Part shown: one piece after another, positions 11,241 through 22,400 of the stretch
Numbering within the stretch: position 1 is the stretch's first letter
Layout of the letters: every line of letters begins with the position of its first letter
Assembly (NCBI GenBank): GCA_000002445.1
Contig: CH464491.1
Location: 2,432,001 to 2,496,000 of the forward strand
Length of the DNA: 64,000 nucleotides
DNA from: Trypanosoma brucei
Taxonomy: Eukaryota
Direction: 5' to 3'
Notes under the pieces: generated by a model
Databases searched by the model: none
What the model was told of the DNA's origin: nothing
What the model saw: the letters and a program-made list of their open reading frames with translations, nothing else
Made by a program: the position numbers and the translations under genes

Positions 11241-11792
11241 TGTTCTCTTATTAGTACATCACACTATCAGAGCGGACGTAAATCAGGCCTATATTTCGCC
11301 GGTTGGTGACCTTGGACCTGGCCAAAGAGTTTCTTCCGCCTTCTTATCATCGGGGATACGTGGTGTGTAAAATCAGTTTGCCCTACATGTCGGTACAGCA
11401 CCGCTGGAAATGGTAATTGCAGTACCGTTTTTGAATGCAGCAAGCGCACCTTTCGCTAAAACTTGGTCGACGTGTCGATGGCTACTTGTTCCCCTTGGCT
11501 TTTTCCGAATGGCGATCCCGAAAAAGGGGGGATAACGAAAGGTCGGACAGTGCTTTTACCCTTGATATTACCACATGTTTCCCTGCCCGTGCAACTCTGT
11601 CTTTTCCCTTTCTTTTCCTGTGGTGCAGTGAGGCAACCAAACAAGAATAAAAAGAAAGCGATTTTAAGGGAAGCAGGGAAGATAGTTCAAAGGGGTTGGA
11701 AAGGAAGAAAAGGCCAAGCACGAAGGGGAAGCTTCTGGCTCAGTGGGAGGCATATCGAGTACGGAAGCATCGACCCAAAGGAGTCGTAACAA

Positions 11793-14102
11793 ATGCTGCC
11801 TTGCCCAAGCGAAGGCACAACCCGTGATCTTCAAGGGGCGTGGTTTGGTGCAGCTACAGATTGTTGTTCAGATCACAATCCTTCAAGTGTTTACTCCGAC
11901 GATGGGCAGGCGCAGAATCCCGAAACCAACTTTTTGGATGAAAAAAGCGGTTGTGCTGGTGGAAGCGCGTGGGCAAAACTAACATCGGTTATCCCAGAAT
12001 TCAATGAAGGCAATGAAGAACTCCCTGAGCTTCCCGCATGTGTAGAGAAGCTCGGGCTGAGTCCCCTTGAGCAAAAGGTCTTTTCCTGGATGAGGGAGCA
12101 AGAAGAAAAACCATGGAGTTGTGAAATTTCCACCTTACTTCCCGAGGGTGCATCGCCTGTGGGGGAGCAAGTGGAGCAGGATAGGGCTAAAGGCGGTATA
12201 CTATTCGGTATCGGCAGTGATAAGCTGATGGCACCCCTGCGTGCGCTGCGTGAGGTCGATCATCAGAGAAGCCACTCTACACTGGAAACCACCGTTTGCA
12301 TCGATGGTGGTCCAATGCTTGTGTTGTGTAAGAAACGCCACGTACGGCGGTTAATGGAGATTCTGCATCATGATGGCGCCCACTCACTTTCCCGGGTTTT
12401 GGCTTACACCGGCCGAGGAAACGTTCACTTGACACCGACCCAGATAGGTTCGGATTATGATTATGTACTCTCAACGTACAGTACACTTCGGCGTGAGCCT
12501 GATCCGAGGTCCGAACTCCCAGGGAAACTGTACCTGGTCCACTGGAGGCGTGTTGTGCTTTTCGAGCCGTACTTCTTGTGTGACTTCACTCGCACTGAGA
12601 GCTACTTGTGCACTGAGTTGCAGGCAGACGCTCGGTGGATCTTCTGTGGAGAACGGTTTGTAATGCAAACACATAAACTCTACGGGTTTGTTCGTTTCTT
12701 GAACGAGCCGTCGTTAAAGTCATGGGTATTTTGGAGTGAACGAGTGGCGGACAAGAAGGGAGTGGATCGTTCGGTTTTCGATTCTGATAAAAACACGGAG
12801 CTGAAACGAGTGCTCTCTACAATGTGTCGTCAGACCCGGCGGGCATGCCTAATAAGGGAGGGTGGCCGAGGCGCCAACAGTATGAATGTGATTAAAGTCA
12901 ACCTAACGGAGGAGGAGAAGGAGTTCTACAACGCTACATTTGACAGGGCGGTGAGTAGTGTCTCCTCTTCAACTGATCAGCAAACGTCGTGCCTCCCGGT
13001 ACTCGAAATCATCAACTTGTGCCGTCTCATTACCCTTCATTTGTATGTTGGTCGGGAGACTTTTCAACGGATGAGCCCCCCGCCCCTCACTCCAGAAGAA
13101 CGCGAGGAGCAGCTAACGTCATTTTTCGACCTGCTTGCCAACGACGGATTGCGCGAGCGTGCATTCACCACAGAACTGAGGAATAAGTTACGAAGTGGAG
13201 TTCTTGACGAAGAATGTGGCATTTGTTTTTTGAGGATTAACACGCCTGGAATCCTTAACTGTGCGCACTATTTTTGCGTGGGATGCATTGACAAAATCAA
13301 GAAAAGCGGTCGCCCATACTGCCCCAATTGCAGAACTGTGCTAAATCATCGGACTGTCGTTCCACCCGGGTTGCTCAAGTGCCCTGAGGACGAACCTGTA
13401 CCGAGTGACTTTTCCCAGTGGGGTCCGAGCTCCAAGGCCGAGGTACTTGTCGAGAACTTGAAGAAACTCTCTGGCGACCACAGGGCGATTGTATTTGGTT
13501 GTTCAAGTCAATTCTTTCAATATTTGCAATGGTACCTGCGGCAACATGGGATGGATACTTACACTTTTGGCAGCTGCAAGGGACTGCAAGAAGTGAAAAG
13601 AGTACAACAATGGTTGGACAGCGGTGCCCAAGGGGCGAGTGCGGAGAGGAATGATGAAAGCAAGCATCTACCTCGTGTTCTGCTCGTCCTATTAACCGAC
13701 TGCGACGAAGACGTGCGCTTCAAGGGTATAACCCACTGCTTCTTCATGCACGCGACGTGGTGTCCCATTATCGAGCATCATGCTCTTCAATGCATTGAAC
13801 ATTGTGACGAGGAGAAAGAGTTGGAGGTGGTGAAGATTTTAGCAAATGTTGGGTTAGAACAGACAATTGATGAACTGTGCCAGAGGAAGCGGAGTGACGG
13901 TTCCGATGATTATATTACCTCAGCCGAGGTGTTTGAGGTGTTTAACGAAACTGCCAACGTCAATGATTTCATGGTTCGTACCACCACACAGGTTCCGCAA
14001 AACGAAGAGGGCGAGAACAACGAAGAGGGCGAGAACAACGAAGAGGGCTACGAGAGTGACGAAGAGTACGAGGGCGACGAAGAGGATGGTGATAATCAGT
14101 GA
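11793..14102 (+). CDS. RAD5/HLTF/SHPRH-like RING-finger SNF2-family protein with all ATPase motifs degenerate (putative pseudo-helicase). The C-terminal tail is acidic and repetitive.
   Basis: C3HC4 RING 'CGICFLRINTPGILNCAHYFCVGCIDKIKKSGRPYCPNCR' (~13214-13334) sits between two SNF2-like lobes. SNF2 lobe-1 scaffold is present but substituted: motif I 'GGILFGIGSDKLMA' (consensus GGILADEMGLGKT), 'PMLVLCKKRHVRRLMEIL', 'YDYVLSTYSTL', motif II 'WRRVVLFEPYF' (consensus W.RVILDEAH), motif III region 'RWIFCGERFVMQTHKLYGFVRFL' (consensus RW.LTGTPIQN...LFSLLRFL), then 'VNLTEEEKEFYNATFDRA' and 'LEIINLCRLITLHLYV'. Lobe 2 'AIVFGCSSQFFQYLQWYL...WLDSG' also lacks the Q..R.R.GQ arginine finger. The tail is 'NEEGENNEEGENNEEGYESDEEYEGDEEDGDNQ'. 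Confidence 0.75.
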   Translation: MLPCPSEGTTRDLQGAWFGAATDCCSDHNPSSVYSDDGQAQNPETNFLDEKSGCAGGSAWAKLTSVIPEFNEGNEELPELPACVEKLGLSPLEQKVFSWMREQEEKPWSCEISTLLPEGASPVGEQVEQDRAKGGILFGIGSDKLMAPLRALREVDHQRSHSTLETTVCIDGGPMLVLCKKRHVRRLMEILHHDGAHSLSRVLAYTGRGNVHLTPTQIGSDYDYVLSTYSTLRREPDPRSELPGKLYLVHWRRVVLFEPYFLCDFTRTESYLCTELQADARWIFCGERFVMQTHKLYGFVRFLNEPSLKSWVFWSERVADKKGVDRSVFDSDKNTELKRVLSTMCRQTRRACLIREGGRGANSMNVIKVNLTEEEKEFYNATFDRAVSSVSSSTDQQTSCLPVLEIINLCRLITLHLYVGRETFQRMSPPPLTPEEREEQLTSFFDLLANDGLRERAFTTELRNKLRSGVLDEECGICFLRINTPGILNCAHYFCVGCIDKIKKSGRPYCPNCRTVLNHRTVVPPGLLKCPEDEPVPSDFSQWGPSSKAEVLVENLKKLSGDHRAIVFGCSSQFFQYLQWYLRQHGMDTYTFGSCKGLQEVKRVQQWLDSGAQGASAERNDESKHLPRVLLVLLTDCDEDVRFKGITHCFFMHATWCPIIEHHALQCIEHCDEEKELEVVKILANVGLEQTIDELCQRKRSDGSDDYITSAEVFEVFNETANVNDFMVRTTTQVPQNEEGENNEEGENNEEGYESDEEYEGDEEDGDNQ
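14001..14054 (+). repeat. 18-bp in-frame tandem repeat (3 copies) encoding NEEGEN at the C-terminus of the RING-SNF2 protein
   Basis: Reads 'aacgaagagggcgagaac' x2, then the variant 'aacgaagagggctacgag'. Confidence 0.85.
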
Positions 14103-15105
14103 AGCGAATTCCAGCGATGATGGTTAGAGGGGCGGGTCCTTGCGACTTTAACATGTGTCCGCTACCCTCCCCCACCCCGTTCTAGTATTCTCTCATGGTG
14201 GGAAGCATAGTGTGGAAACATCTGTGAAGGTTTCTCCTTACAGTAATTCTTTTTAGTTTTGTTACTTTGAAACTGATTTTTATTTTATTTGGTGATCACT
14301 CCATACGCAGGCGGTGTGAGGTGCGAGGGGGTCGCCCCCTCCTCCACTGGCAGCACAGCCTAACACGAGGCTACCTGTATTGCTTGCACGTGCAGATGCT
14401 TTTATTTTTTAAAAAAAAAAATACTTGCCGTTGGTTTGGGGAAAGGTTCTGGGGAGGGGTTGGCAGAAGGTGGTTCGGGTTGGGTTTAAGCAAACTGCTT
14501 ATTAGCAGAGGCTTCTGTTCCTTGTGATAGGTGAGAAGCATTTTTTGTTATTTTTTTGTGCTTCGTTTAAGATAGCGGTATTACCCTCTGCTCAATGTAA
14601 TCTTTTTGAAGCGTTGGTGCCGCCGCTTAAATGCGTAAGTAAACAAATGTGCAAAACATATGCAAAATTGCTCTCTTTTATCTCGACTTTCTAAGTCGTG
14701 CCTTTACATTGGACTTAAACTATTATCTTCCACCTCCCGATATTTTCTTTTCTCCGTTGTCATTTTACACCGGACTATTTCCCCGCCTTCTGAAAAAAAC
14801 GCTATCCACGCGTGACGCCATTTCTACCGCCTTTTCCTCGTCATCCTAAGTGACAGTTGGAACAGTGCTGGTTGACCTTTTCTCATATGCTTCGATTTCT
14901 GTCTTGTGCTTATATATGCACGTGGTGAAGGGGAGCGAGTGACTCGGTGTACTTTACGGAGGGAAGGGGATTTAGTGACGATGGTAATATAATATTCTCG
15001 CGATCACTCAGGGGGGAAGGTTGTGGTTAGCTGTGCCGTCTCCCTTAACCTTAGCCTTTTGTCGGTGCTCACTTTTAGACTCGCTGTGTCAGCACTTGTT
15101 TACGC

Positions 15106-15172
15106 CACTTCTTCGGCTTTTCTTCCGTTTTTTTAATTTTTTTCCCCTTTCGTCGTTCCATGCCATTTGGAC
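15106..15172 (+). promoter_or_regulatory. Polypyrimidine tract upstream of RPA1 (candidate SL-acceptor / upstream polyadenylation-coupling signal)
   Basis: Reads 'cacttcttcggcttttcttccgtttttttaatttttttcccctttcgtcgttccatgcc', ~230 nt upstream of ATG 15406. Confidence 0.4.
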
Positions 15173-15405
15173 GGCTACTTAACGAGTATCAATTATTTCA
15201 ACTGGGTGGAGGAAGGATTTAACCAACAAGAGAGAAAGAACAAATAGAGCTCAAACAAGGCACATACATAAACCGCAAGCAGGTGTGGTGTGTGCACACA
15301 TATACACTCATTACGCCGATATAGACTCTAGCGCACAAGTAAGCAGAAAAATAGTTTACACATCAAATCGAAGGAAGTCGGAAAGTTACTTTTATTCATC
15401 ACTTC

Positions 15406-16797
15406 ATGCAGCAGCCATCACAACAACAGATTCAACCAATCGATTCCTTGTCGCCATTCCTTGGCGGCAAGTGGTGGATTCGCGCTCGCGTGACGGACAA
15501 GTCTGAAATACGAACGTGGAATAAACCAACCTCACAGGGGAAGCTGTTTTCTTTTACGCTCATTGACGAGTCTGCTTCTATCCGAGCGACGGTATTCAAT
15601 GAGGCCGTCGACATGTTCAATCCCCTCATAGTGAACGGACAGGTTTACTACTTTAGTGGGGGTCAGGTAAAAAATGCCAACCGTAAGTTCAGTAATGTGA
15701 ATAATGACTACGAGTTGAGCTTTGACAACACCTGTCAAATATCAGCAGCAAGGGATGTCGTTAGCTCGTCGATTCCCCTACAGCGGTATAACTTTGTGCC
15801 AATTGCCATCCTCAAGCAACGAGAAGTCGGTTCTTTAGTCGACGTGCTGGCTGTTGTGTTGAATGTGGAGGAATTGGGCACCATCGTACAGAGATCAACT
15901 GGTCGTGAGTTGGTCAGACGCACCGTGAAGGTTGCCGATTCCACCGCGGGGATTGACGTCACCCTGTGGAACGAAAACGCCAAAGAGTGGCCACATCAAC
16001 CTGGCACCGTACTGGCAATGCGGCAACTTAAGGTGGGGAGTTTTGATGGTGTAACGCTCTCCACAACAATGCAGTCATCGTTTGATGTTAATCCAAACAT
16101 CCCTGACGTGAAGAAGCTTCGTGAATGGTTTGAATCTACGGGTGGACGGGACGTCAGTTCACTTTCAATGCAGGGAAATAATGCTTTGGGGCTCGCGAGC
16201 AGTGGAGAAACCTACCGCGGCTACAAGTACATTGATGACATAACGACTGAGGGGCTCGGAAAAGGCCCGAAGCCGGACTACATCGATTTGCGTTGCGTTC
16301 CTGTTTACCTCAAACAGGATACACAGTGGTACGATGCCTGTCCACAATGCAACAAGAAAGTGATGCTCGAAGGGGCAATGGGTGATCGCTTCCGTTGTGA
16401 GAAATGTGACCAATCTATTGTACCAACACAACGGTACTTGGTGTCTATTCAAGTCACAGATAACGTTTCGCAGGTGTGGCTCACGCTCTTTAATGAGTCG
16501 GGAGCCGAGTTCTTTGGCATGACGGCTCCTGAACTAAAAAGACGTCAGGAGGAGGATCCCATGTTTGTGACAAAAGTGGCCCAGATGCGCATGAACCGTC
16601 CTGTGCTCATGCGTCTTCGTGTGAAGGAGGAGGGTCTCGGTGGCAATGAAGATTCGGAAAGGGTGCGCTTAAATGTTGTGCGCATTACGGAGTTTATGCC
16701 GCTGGACACCGTGACGGAGGATAAGCGACAAGCCATGGCGGCACAACTGCGGCAGGAGTGCGACGAAATGATTAAATGCATTAATGCCTACTTGTAA
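15406..16797 (+). CDS. RPA1: Replication protein A large subunit (RPA1; the short ~51 kDa kinetoplastid form lacking the 70N domain)
   Basis: OB-fold DBD-A/B blocks ('WWIRARVTDKSEIRTWNKPTSQGKLFSFTLIDESASIRATVFNEAVDMF', 'VYYFSGGQVKNANRKFSNVNNDYELSFD', 'VDVLAVVLNVEELGTIV...TLWN'). DBD-C has a C4 zinc ribbon 'CPQCNKKVMLEGAMGDRFRCEKCDQ' (~16338-16412) and the C-terminal 'VSIQVTDNVSQVWLTLFNESGAEFFG' block. Size is 463 aa. Confidence 0.9.
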   Translation: MQQPSQQQIQPIDSLSPFLGGKWWIRARVTDKSEIRTWNKPTSQGKLFSFTLIDESASIRATVFNEAVDMFNPLIVNGQVYYFSGGQVKNANRKFSNVNNDYELSFDNTCQISAARDVVSSSIPLQRYNFVPIAILKQREVGSLVDVLAVVLNVEELGTIVQRSTGRELVRRTVKVADSTAGIDVTLWNENAKEWPHQPGTVLAMRQLKVGSFDGVTLSTTMQSSFDVNPNIPDVKKLREWFESTGGRDVSSLSMQGNNALGLASSGETYRGYKYIDDITTEGLGKGPKPDYIDLRCVPVYLKQDTQWYDACPQCNKKVMLEGAMGDRFRCEKCDQSIVPTQRYLVSIQVTDNVSQVWLTLFNESGAEFFGMTAPELKRRQEEDPMFVTKVAQMRMNRPVLMRLRVKEEGLGGNEDSERVRLNVVRITEFMPLDTVTEDKRQAMAAQLRQECDEMIKCINAYL

Positions 16798-17663
16798 GGC
16801 CTTCACCATCAAACTGGATTTGAGAGCAGCCGATTGATTTCATTTGGCGCGGTGTGTTCTCAGGCCAACGGGAACCAGCCCCGGAGTTGAAGGACAAGCG
16901 AGTGATTGAGTGGGTATCTTTTTGTACGCTGAGTAAGGGGGAGGGGTGAGGGTAAATTTTTTGACAGAAATAACCAGATGCGTCATGGATTTTCGTCCTG
17001 TACCAGGCAAAAGAACTCGTGATAAAATAATTAGCTAAATCGAATGAAAGAGGAGCCGGAGAATGCCGAATGGGAGAAATTCACATGGACAAATGAGGCG
17101 ATGAATATTATAGACCCAGTGGGTGCATTGGAAGAGAAGGCGGCGAGGGATTTTCCAATCTCTGCTGAGCGCCCTCAGTTCTTCTCCTATGACGTCGTCA
17201 ACGGAAGTTGTGCGGGGCTAGAAAGTGGCTGCAAACATTTCAACCTCGCTTCCAGGTGCATTAAACCCCTGCAGATGTGGAGGGATAGTGTGGCGGCTTC
17301 GTTACTGGTATTGTTTTTCACTGTATAACTCATAGTTATTGAGAAGGGGAAGGGGGGAAGTATCACTACTGCCACGAGCGTTTTCTGATGTTGCGTGCTC
17401 AGCTGTTTTTTCTTCTATATTTTTTTAAATCTTTTCTTTCTACATGGCACTTTCGCCACATATGATATATGAGGAGGCGCATATGAAAGGGGACTTTGAG
17501 CGCCGTCGCAGGCCGGTTCGGGCAGTTGCTACTGCGTCAATCCAGCGTGACACGACTGATATTTCGCGTGAACGCAATCTTTTACGCAGCTCTTCTTTCT
17601 CAACCGCTCCCATTACGACCCATGCCGTGCAAGTGAACTAAAATAGGTAGGAAATAATTAGCA

Positions 17664-18188
17664 ATGAGGAGTAGCCGGGGTATTTTGTTCCTTAGTGGAG
17701 CTTTCGCCATACGTGGCATGTCTGCATACCACAGCTATCAACGGCTTGACACAGTATCCCACACCAGCAAGGTGTACTCACTCCAAATGCAGCGGCAGAC
17801 CGTACACTTCACCCCCATAACTCGACTTGGTGTAGAGGCAACTGCAAACCCGACAACAGCCACTAATGCAACAGGGCAGACGGGGGATGGCGACGGGGCC
17901 ACTGCCCTGGACGTGGCAATGCGTGTTAACAAACTCAAACGCCTCCACCAAACGGGAGGTGGGCCCAGTGGAAAGAAGCAGGTCGAGTTGGATGCTTGGC
18001 GAGACCTGAACAACCTCACCGAGGCACAGATAAATTCTGCTGAAGGAAAGGCGGTGTCGTTACTGCTTAATTCGTGGGCGTACTTCGCTAAGTACTGGGA
18101 AAAGGGTGCTGAAGGACCGTCTGCCAGCCTCTCTGAAGTCACTCCCTCCAATGATAGCAGTAGTGCGGGTGAACACGGTACACAGTAA
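17664..18188 (+). CDS. Hypothetical small protein (174 aa) with a presequence-like N-terminus
   Basis: Sense-strand ORF in an otherwise empty 0.9 kb gap. The N-terminus 'MRSSRGILFLSGAFAIRGMSAYHS' is basic/hydroxylated, like a mitochondrial targeting peptide. No recognisable domain. The antisense ORF 17738..18151 overlaps it, so coding status is uncertain. Confidence 0.4.
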   Translation: MRSSRGILFLSGAFAIRGMSAYHSYQRLDTVSHTSKVYSLQMQRQTVHFTPITRLGVEATANPTTATNATGQTGDGDGATALDVAMRVNKLKRLHQTGGGPSGKKQVELDAWRDLNNLTEAQINSAEGKAVSLLLNSWAYFAKYWEKGAEGPSASLSEVTPSNDSSSAGEHGTQ

Positions 18189-18764
18189 ACCCGTGTGGAT
18201 TTCCACCATACATTACTCTATGCACGGTGACGACGGTGTGAAGGGATAATGGGGGGGGGGAATCAGAAATGCAAACAAAGAGTGATAGGGAAGAAAGATA
18301 AGCGATGTCTTAAGTGCGCGTTCGGATGCATCCGGTGGAGGGGGGCTCAACCTTAGTCCTTCATATGAACTTTGTTGGATGTTGAAATTGTTAATGCTAT
18401 ATAAGGAGCATGAGGAAGGTCGTTGAACCATGATTAGGGTATGCACAATATTGAGAAGGGGCGGTATATGTAATATGGAAATGGTCCGACGGAGGGTGGG
18501 GGAGAAGAAGAGGAACCACTGCAAACTGCCGGTTGGGGGAACTTGTGGTGCTTGCGGAGCCACCGCCATTTTGGTGTATCCATCGATGCTTTAACTTGTT
18601 AGTGCTGCTTCAATGCGTTAAGCAAGTGAAATGACTTCAAAAGGTGGTGCCTATGCGGGTGATGATTTGGGTGCTTTGAGGCCGTTTTACCCGCCTCCCC
18701 TACGATTTGTCGTTTCCTGTTATTTGTATCACCTTCAAACCCCTTTCTTAGCCGCGGTCGTGCT

Positions 18765-18767
<3 letters not shown>

Positions 18768-18797
<30 letters not shown>
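18768..18797. repeat. (TA)15 microsatellite
   Basis: Reads 'gatatatatatatatatatatatatatatatatgcg', in the intergenic region upstream of the giant 19204/19477 ORF. Confidence 0.9.
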
Positions 18798-18800
<3 letters not shown>

Positions 18801-19237
18801 TGCCCGTGAATGTGGGGCTCGTGTGTGTAAGCTAATATGTGACAGGAGTATTGAATTCTCATTTTGTTTATTCACACAGAACAAAGGGATGAAGTGGAGA
18901 TGGTAAATAACGATAAAGTCAAAGAAATGACGTGCCAGTGTCTACTCTTGAGTACGGAGAAGGGGCGCCTAGACCGTTGTAGCGTGCCTTCGTGTTTTCC
19001 CCCCTTTCCATTCGTTATTCTTTCAAAACTTTTTTGTTTCCCATCTACTGTATTGGAGTGGCATCAGAGACAGATGTGTTTGCACGCAAAGGGGGAGGGC
19101 GCAACGGAGGATTGAGAGGAGGATGACGGTGTGTCGTGGACGGTTTCGCTTTCCGCAGTTTGACTCCTATCGTGCCCTGTTCCACATTTTCCACCTGTGA
19201 CAAATGGAAGGTGCGCATTCGCTTAATTTCCCCTTCA

Positions 19238-19258
19238 GTGTGTGTGTGTGTGTGTGTG
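19238..19258. repeat. (GT)10 microsatellite embedded in a polypyrimidine tract
   Basis: Reads 'cagtgtgtgtgtgtgtgtgtgtgct'. It lies inside the 5' extension of the 19204 ORF. Confidence 0.9.
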
Positions 19259-19476
19259 CTCACTTTCATTTCACAGGTTTACTAACCCTGTCATTATTGT
19301 TCCCATTTTTCTTGACCTCGCCGTCGCTCACGTCTGTTGCTTTAGCAGTTGATACATCCCGCTCTGCTTGTCTACCGAGTTCCACTGGGGGTGGTGAAAC
19401 GGGAAGGTGCGAGAAAAGCGCCACCAAGAGAGAAGGGCAAAAAGAAACAGCGTTTCTACAGGGAGGCGCCGAAGAA

Positions 19477-22400
19477 ATGCGGCGTCTTATACTTGCCCAG
19501 ACTCTGCGGGTGGCGGGTCGTCACTGCCCGCCAGTCGCCATGTTTTTACAGAGGTTTTACAGGGGCCACGGAATAAGTACAGCCCTTCCACTGCATTACA
19601 GCAAGCGCCATCGCAAGAGAGAAGGGCGGATGTACGGTAAGCCTCTCCGTCCGGTAAGTGACGGGGAGAATGGCGCAAGTGGTGACGGTGGTGTCTTGAC
19701 GAGATGGGAGGCGGTGGTGAGCTCTCGCCATCAGTGCGAGTCCCCGGTTCAGACGTTAGCGAAATCGGAGAAACCGAAGAAGGCAGAAAACACGGTAGCG
19801 GGGAAAAAGACGGGATCAAGCCGCTTTTCCCACCGTCGCGACCATTCGGCGTACCCTTCAGGTGTACAGCCTGCCCCTCTCGCAACGTCCGGTTTGCCCA
19901 CGCAGTCGTCTGAGCGCCAACAACAGAAGCAGATCGGGCAGCAACAAGTGCCATTGGATGCGTTGCACCGTCTTTTTAAGGTGCATGCGGTTATGCGAAC
20001 CAATTATGAGGCGCTTGGAAAATGCACAAAAGTGCTGAAGAGCTTTTCAACGGCGTGTGCCGAAGCACTTCTCCAACTCGGCGTGCTGCAAAAAGAGCAG
20101 CCATCAGCTATGGAAAGGAAAGGTTTTATTTATGTGCAGCTCTGTAAGTCAGGTGCCACAGAGGCCAGTAAAAATGGGACATCTTCTCCTTGTTTCGTCT
20201 TACCACCCGAAAGTCCACTTTACCGCACAACCATCAAGTTTCCAACCATCACAGTGGAGCACGTGCTGACGACAACGGTGTCGTCTGGTTGCGGTGCAAA
20301 AGATTCTGGAGGGGATATTATGTCTGTTGATATGGAAGGCGCCGCCCCGTTCCCTATGGGACATTGTGAGTCACGTCCCTCTACATCCGCTGGAAATGGA
20401 GTGACCGCGGAGTATGACTGTGAAGGGGATGTGTTGAGTCACGGGGCCGCGTGGAATTCGATCATTGAAGGGTTCGGGCAGCTTGCTTTGAATCTAAAAC
20501 AAAATGCCTCTGTATCAGACTTTGCGCAGTTGGCGGAAACGCTGGCATACTTCAAGTGGGTAAAGGATGAAGAACAGGTAGGTTGGGGCACTGAAGATTG
20601 CGTGGTGAAGAAGTTTCGTGAGGCGATGGCAAATGCCAAAGACACCTCTGCTTCTGGAAGCGATCCGAACACGAGCGATGTAAGCGCGGCCCTTGCGGCC
20701 ATTGCAGAGTCATTTCTTAGGAAAATTCCTCGCGTGGACTGTATTGGCAGCGCGGTAGCGCACAGGGGAGGTGAACGGACTGCTCCCTCTGTTCACGCAA
20801 TTGACGTAATGCTGAATTTGGCGCTCCGCATGTGTCTTTCCCAGTGGCACGCCATGTCACACTTTGAAAGGATGAATATTGTTCTGTTCTGCACATATCC
20901 ATGGTTCGCGGAGGACCTAAGCATCGCAGCGGGTTTGTGCCTCACGCAGTCTTATCTCCAGTCCCTTCTCCGCGCAGATGCTGATGTGACTTATCAGCAT
21001 ACGTTTCACTACGTACGGCGTGTCTCCCGCCTTTGCTGGCCCTGTATACATGACACGGACTCTGCCCCTGTTAAGAAACTTCTCTTCCCGAGAGACCCCC
21101 AAGGCACCGCTGTTTCTTCCCACGCTTTGGAAGCGGTCAGCGTCGAGGAGAAGGACAATCAGTTGAATCAAAAGGAGGGACTGCAAGGTGAGGAGCAAGC
21201 TACAACCACATCCGAGTCAAAGCTAATGTGGCTCCCCTCGTTCAAAGACGCCTCATGCGTTTCGTACGGTTCTTCTATGAAGCAACGTGCGGCTTATGAG
21301 CTGCTGTTGTTATGGATGACGTGTGTAAATCCATCGGGCCTTCACCGTTCCTCCCCGCACGGTCGCTACGTGAGCGCCACTGGTATCGCAATTATTGACG
21401 TCGATCTCTTTGTCACACAGCGGTTTCGTACCGGCAAATCGAAGGACGAATGGTTACTGTTGCACCCGGTAGAAGGGGATGTTGTGGCCTCCGTCACCAT
21501 TAGGACTATGGTGCAACACTGTGAGACTCCCTATACGCTGACGCGGCTTTTCTTCTGCAACTTCCACAGTGTCTTGCCCCACATTTGGGGTGGAATAGGT
21601 GCACGACGGAGAGAGATCTTATGGACAGCGTGGTGTCGGGCTGTTGCTCAGCCGCTTGTGAACACTCTCTCAGGTTCAGACGAGGGGCAGCGGGAGGACG
21701 ATGGGGGGATGCAAACACTACAAATCACAGTAGATAACGCTGATCGAACGCTGGATTATTTAAAACCCTTAATATCGGCTCTAACGTCCGACGAGTTGTT
21801 TCTGCGACTAATAATGCGTTGTGCGGATAAGTCCTTAGAGGAGATGGCCCGTGAGATAGGAAGTGGCAACAACACCTTGCCCCTTAACAAGTGGTGCGCG
21901 CAACTTGCTGGGTTTGTATACAGTGTTGCGCTTGCTTTGCATTGCAGGGCCAAAAGGGAAGGATGCAACCGAGATGGGGGGCCATCGAGACCGAATACAG
22001 CGACTGATTCCGCGAATAAGAAAGTAGTATCAGGTAAGCAGACGGATAACCTCCCGAAAGGCACGCAGGAAGATATCTCTGACCTCCAACTGCAATTCAA
22101 AGCAGCTGTATCTGCGCTTTTGCGGAAGCTGAGTGCTGGGGATACGCAGGTAGCTGAGCAGCTACTTCACCACTTTTACGAGCCACACTTCAGTGGTGAT
22201 CAGGAACGAGAGGTTGTTGAGGACATCCAGAGGCATCTTCAGCAGGTGTGTGATTCTCAATCTCGTGATGCACTGCATGCTTGGATAGAATGCAGCGCCA
22301 GGGCTTCGTGTGAGGCAACTGTGCCTCTCAAGGAGGAGTTGCTTTGCAAGTGGCAACGCACGGTGCTAGAGGCGGACGCTGGGTTACCAGTTGTGTTACC

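Noticed and set aside
17044-17328. 94-aa + ORF in the RPA1-downstream intergenic region ('MKEEPENAEWEKFTWTNEAM...')
   Set aside because: It is short, has no motif, sits between a likely RPA1 3'UTR and the next polypyrimidine tract, and overlaps the antisense ORF 17187-17375. It could be a real small protein but the evidence is insufficient, so it is not called.
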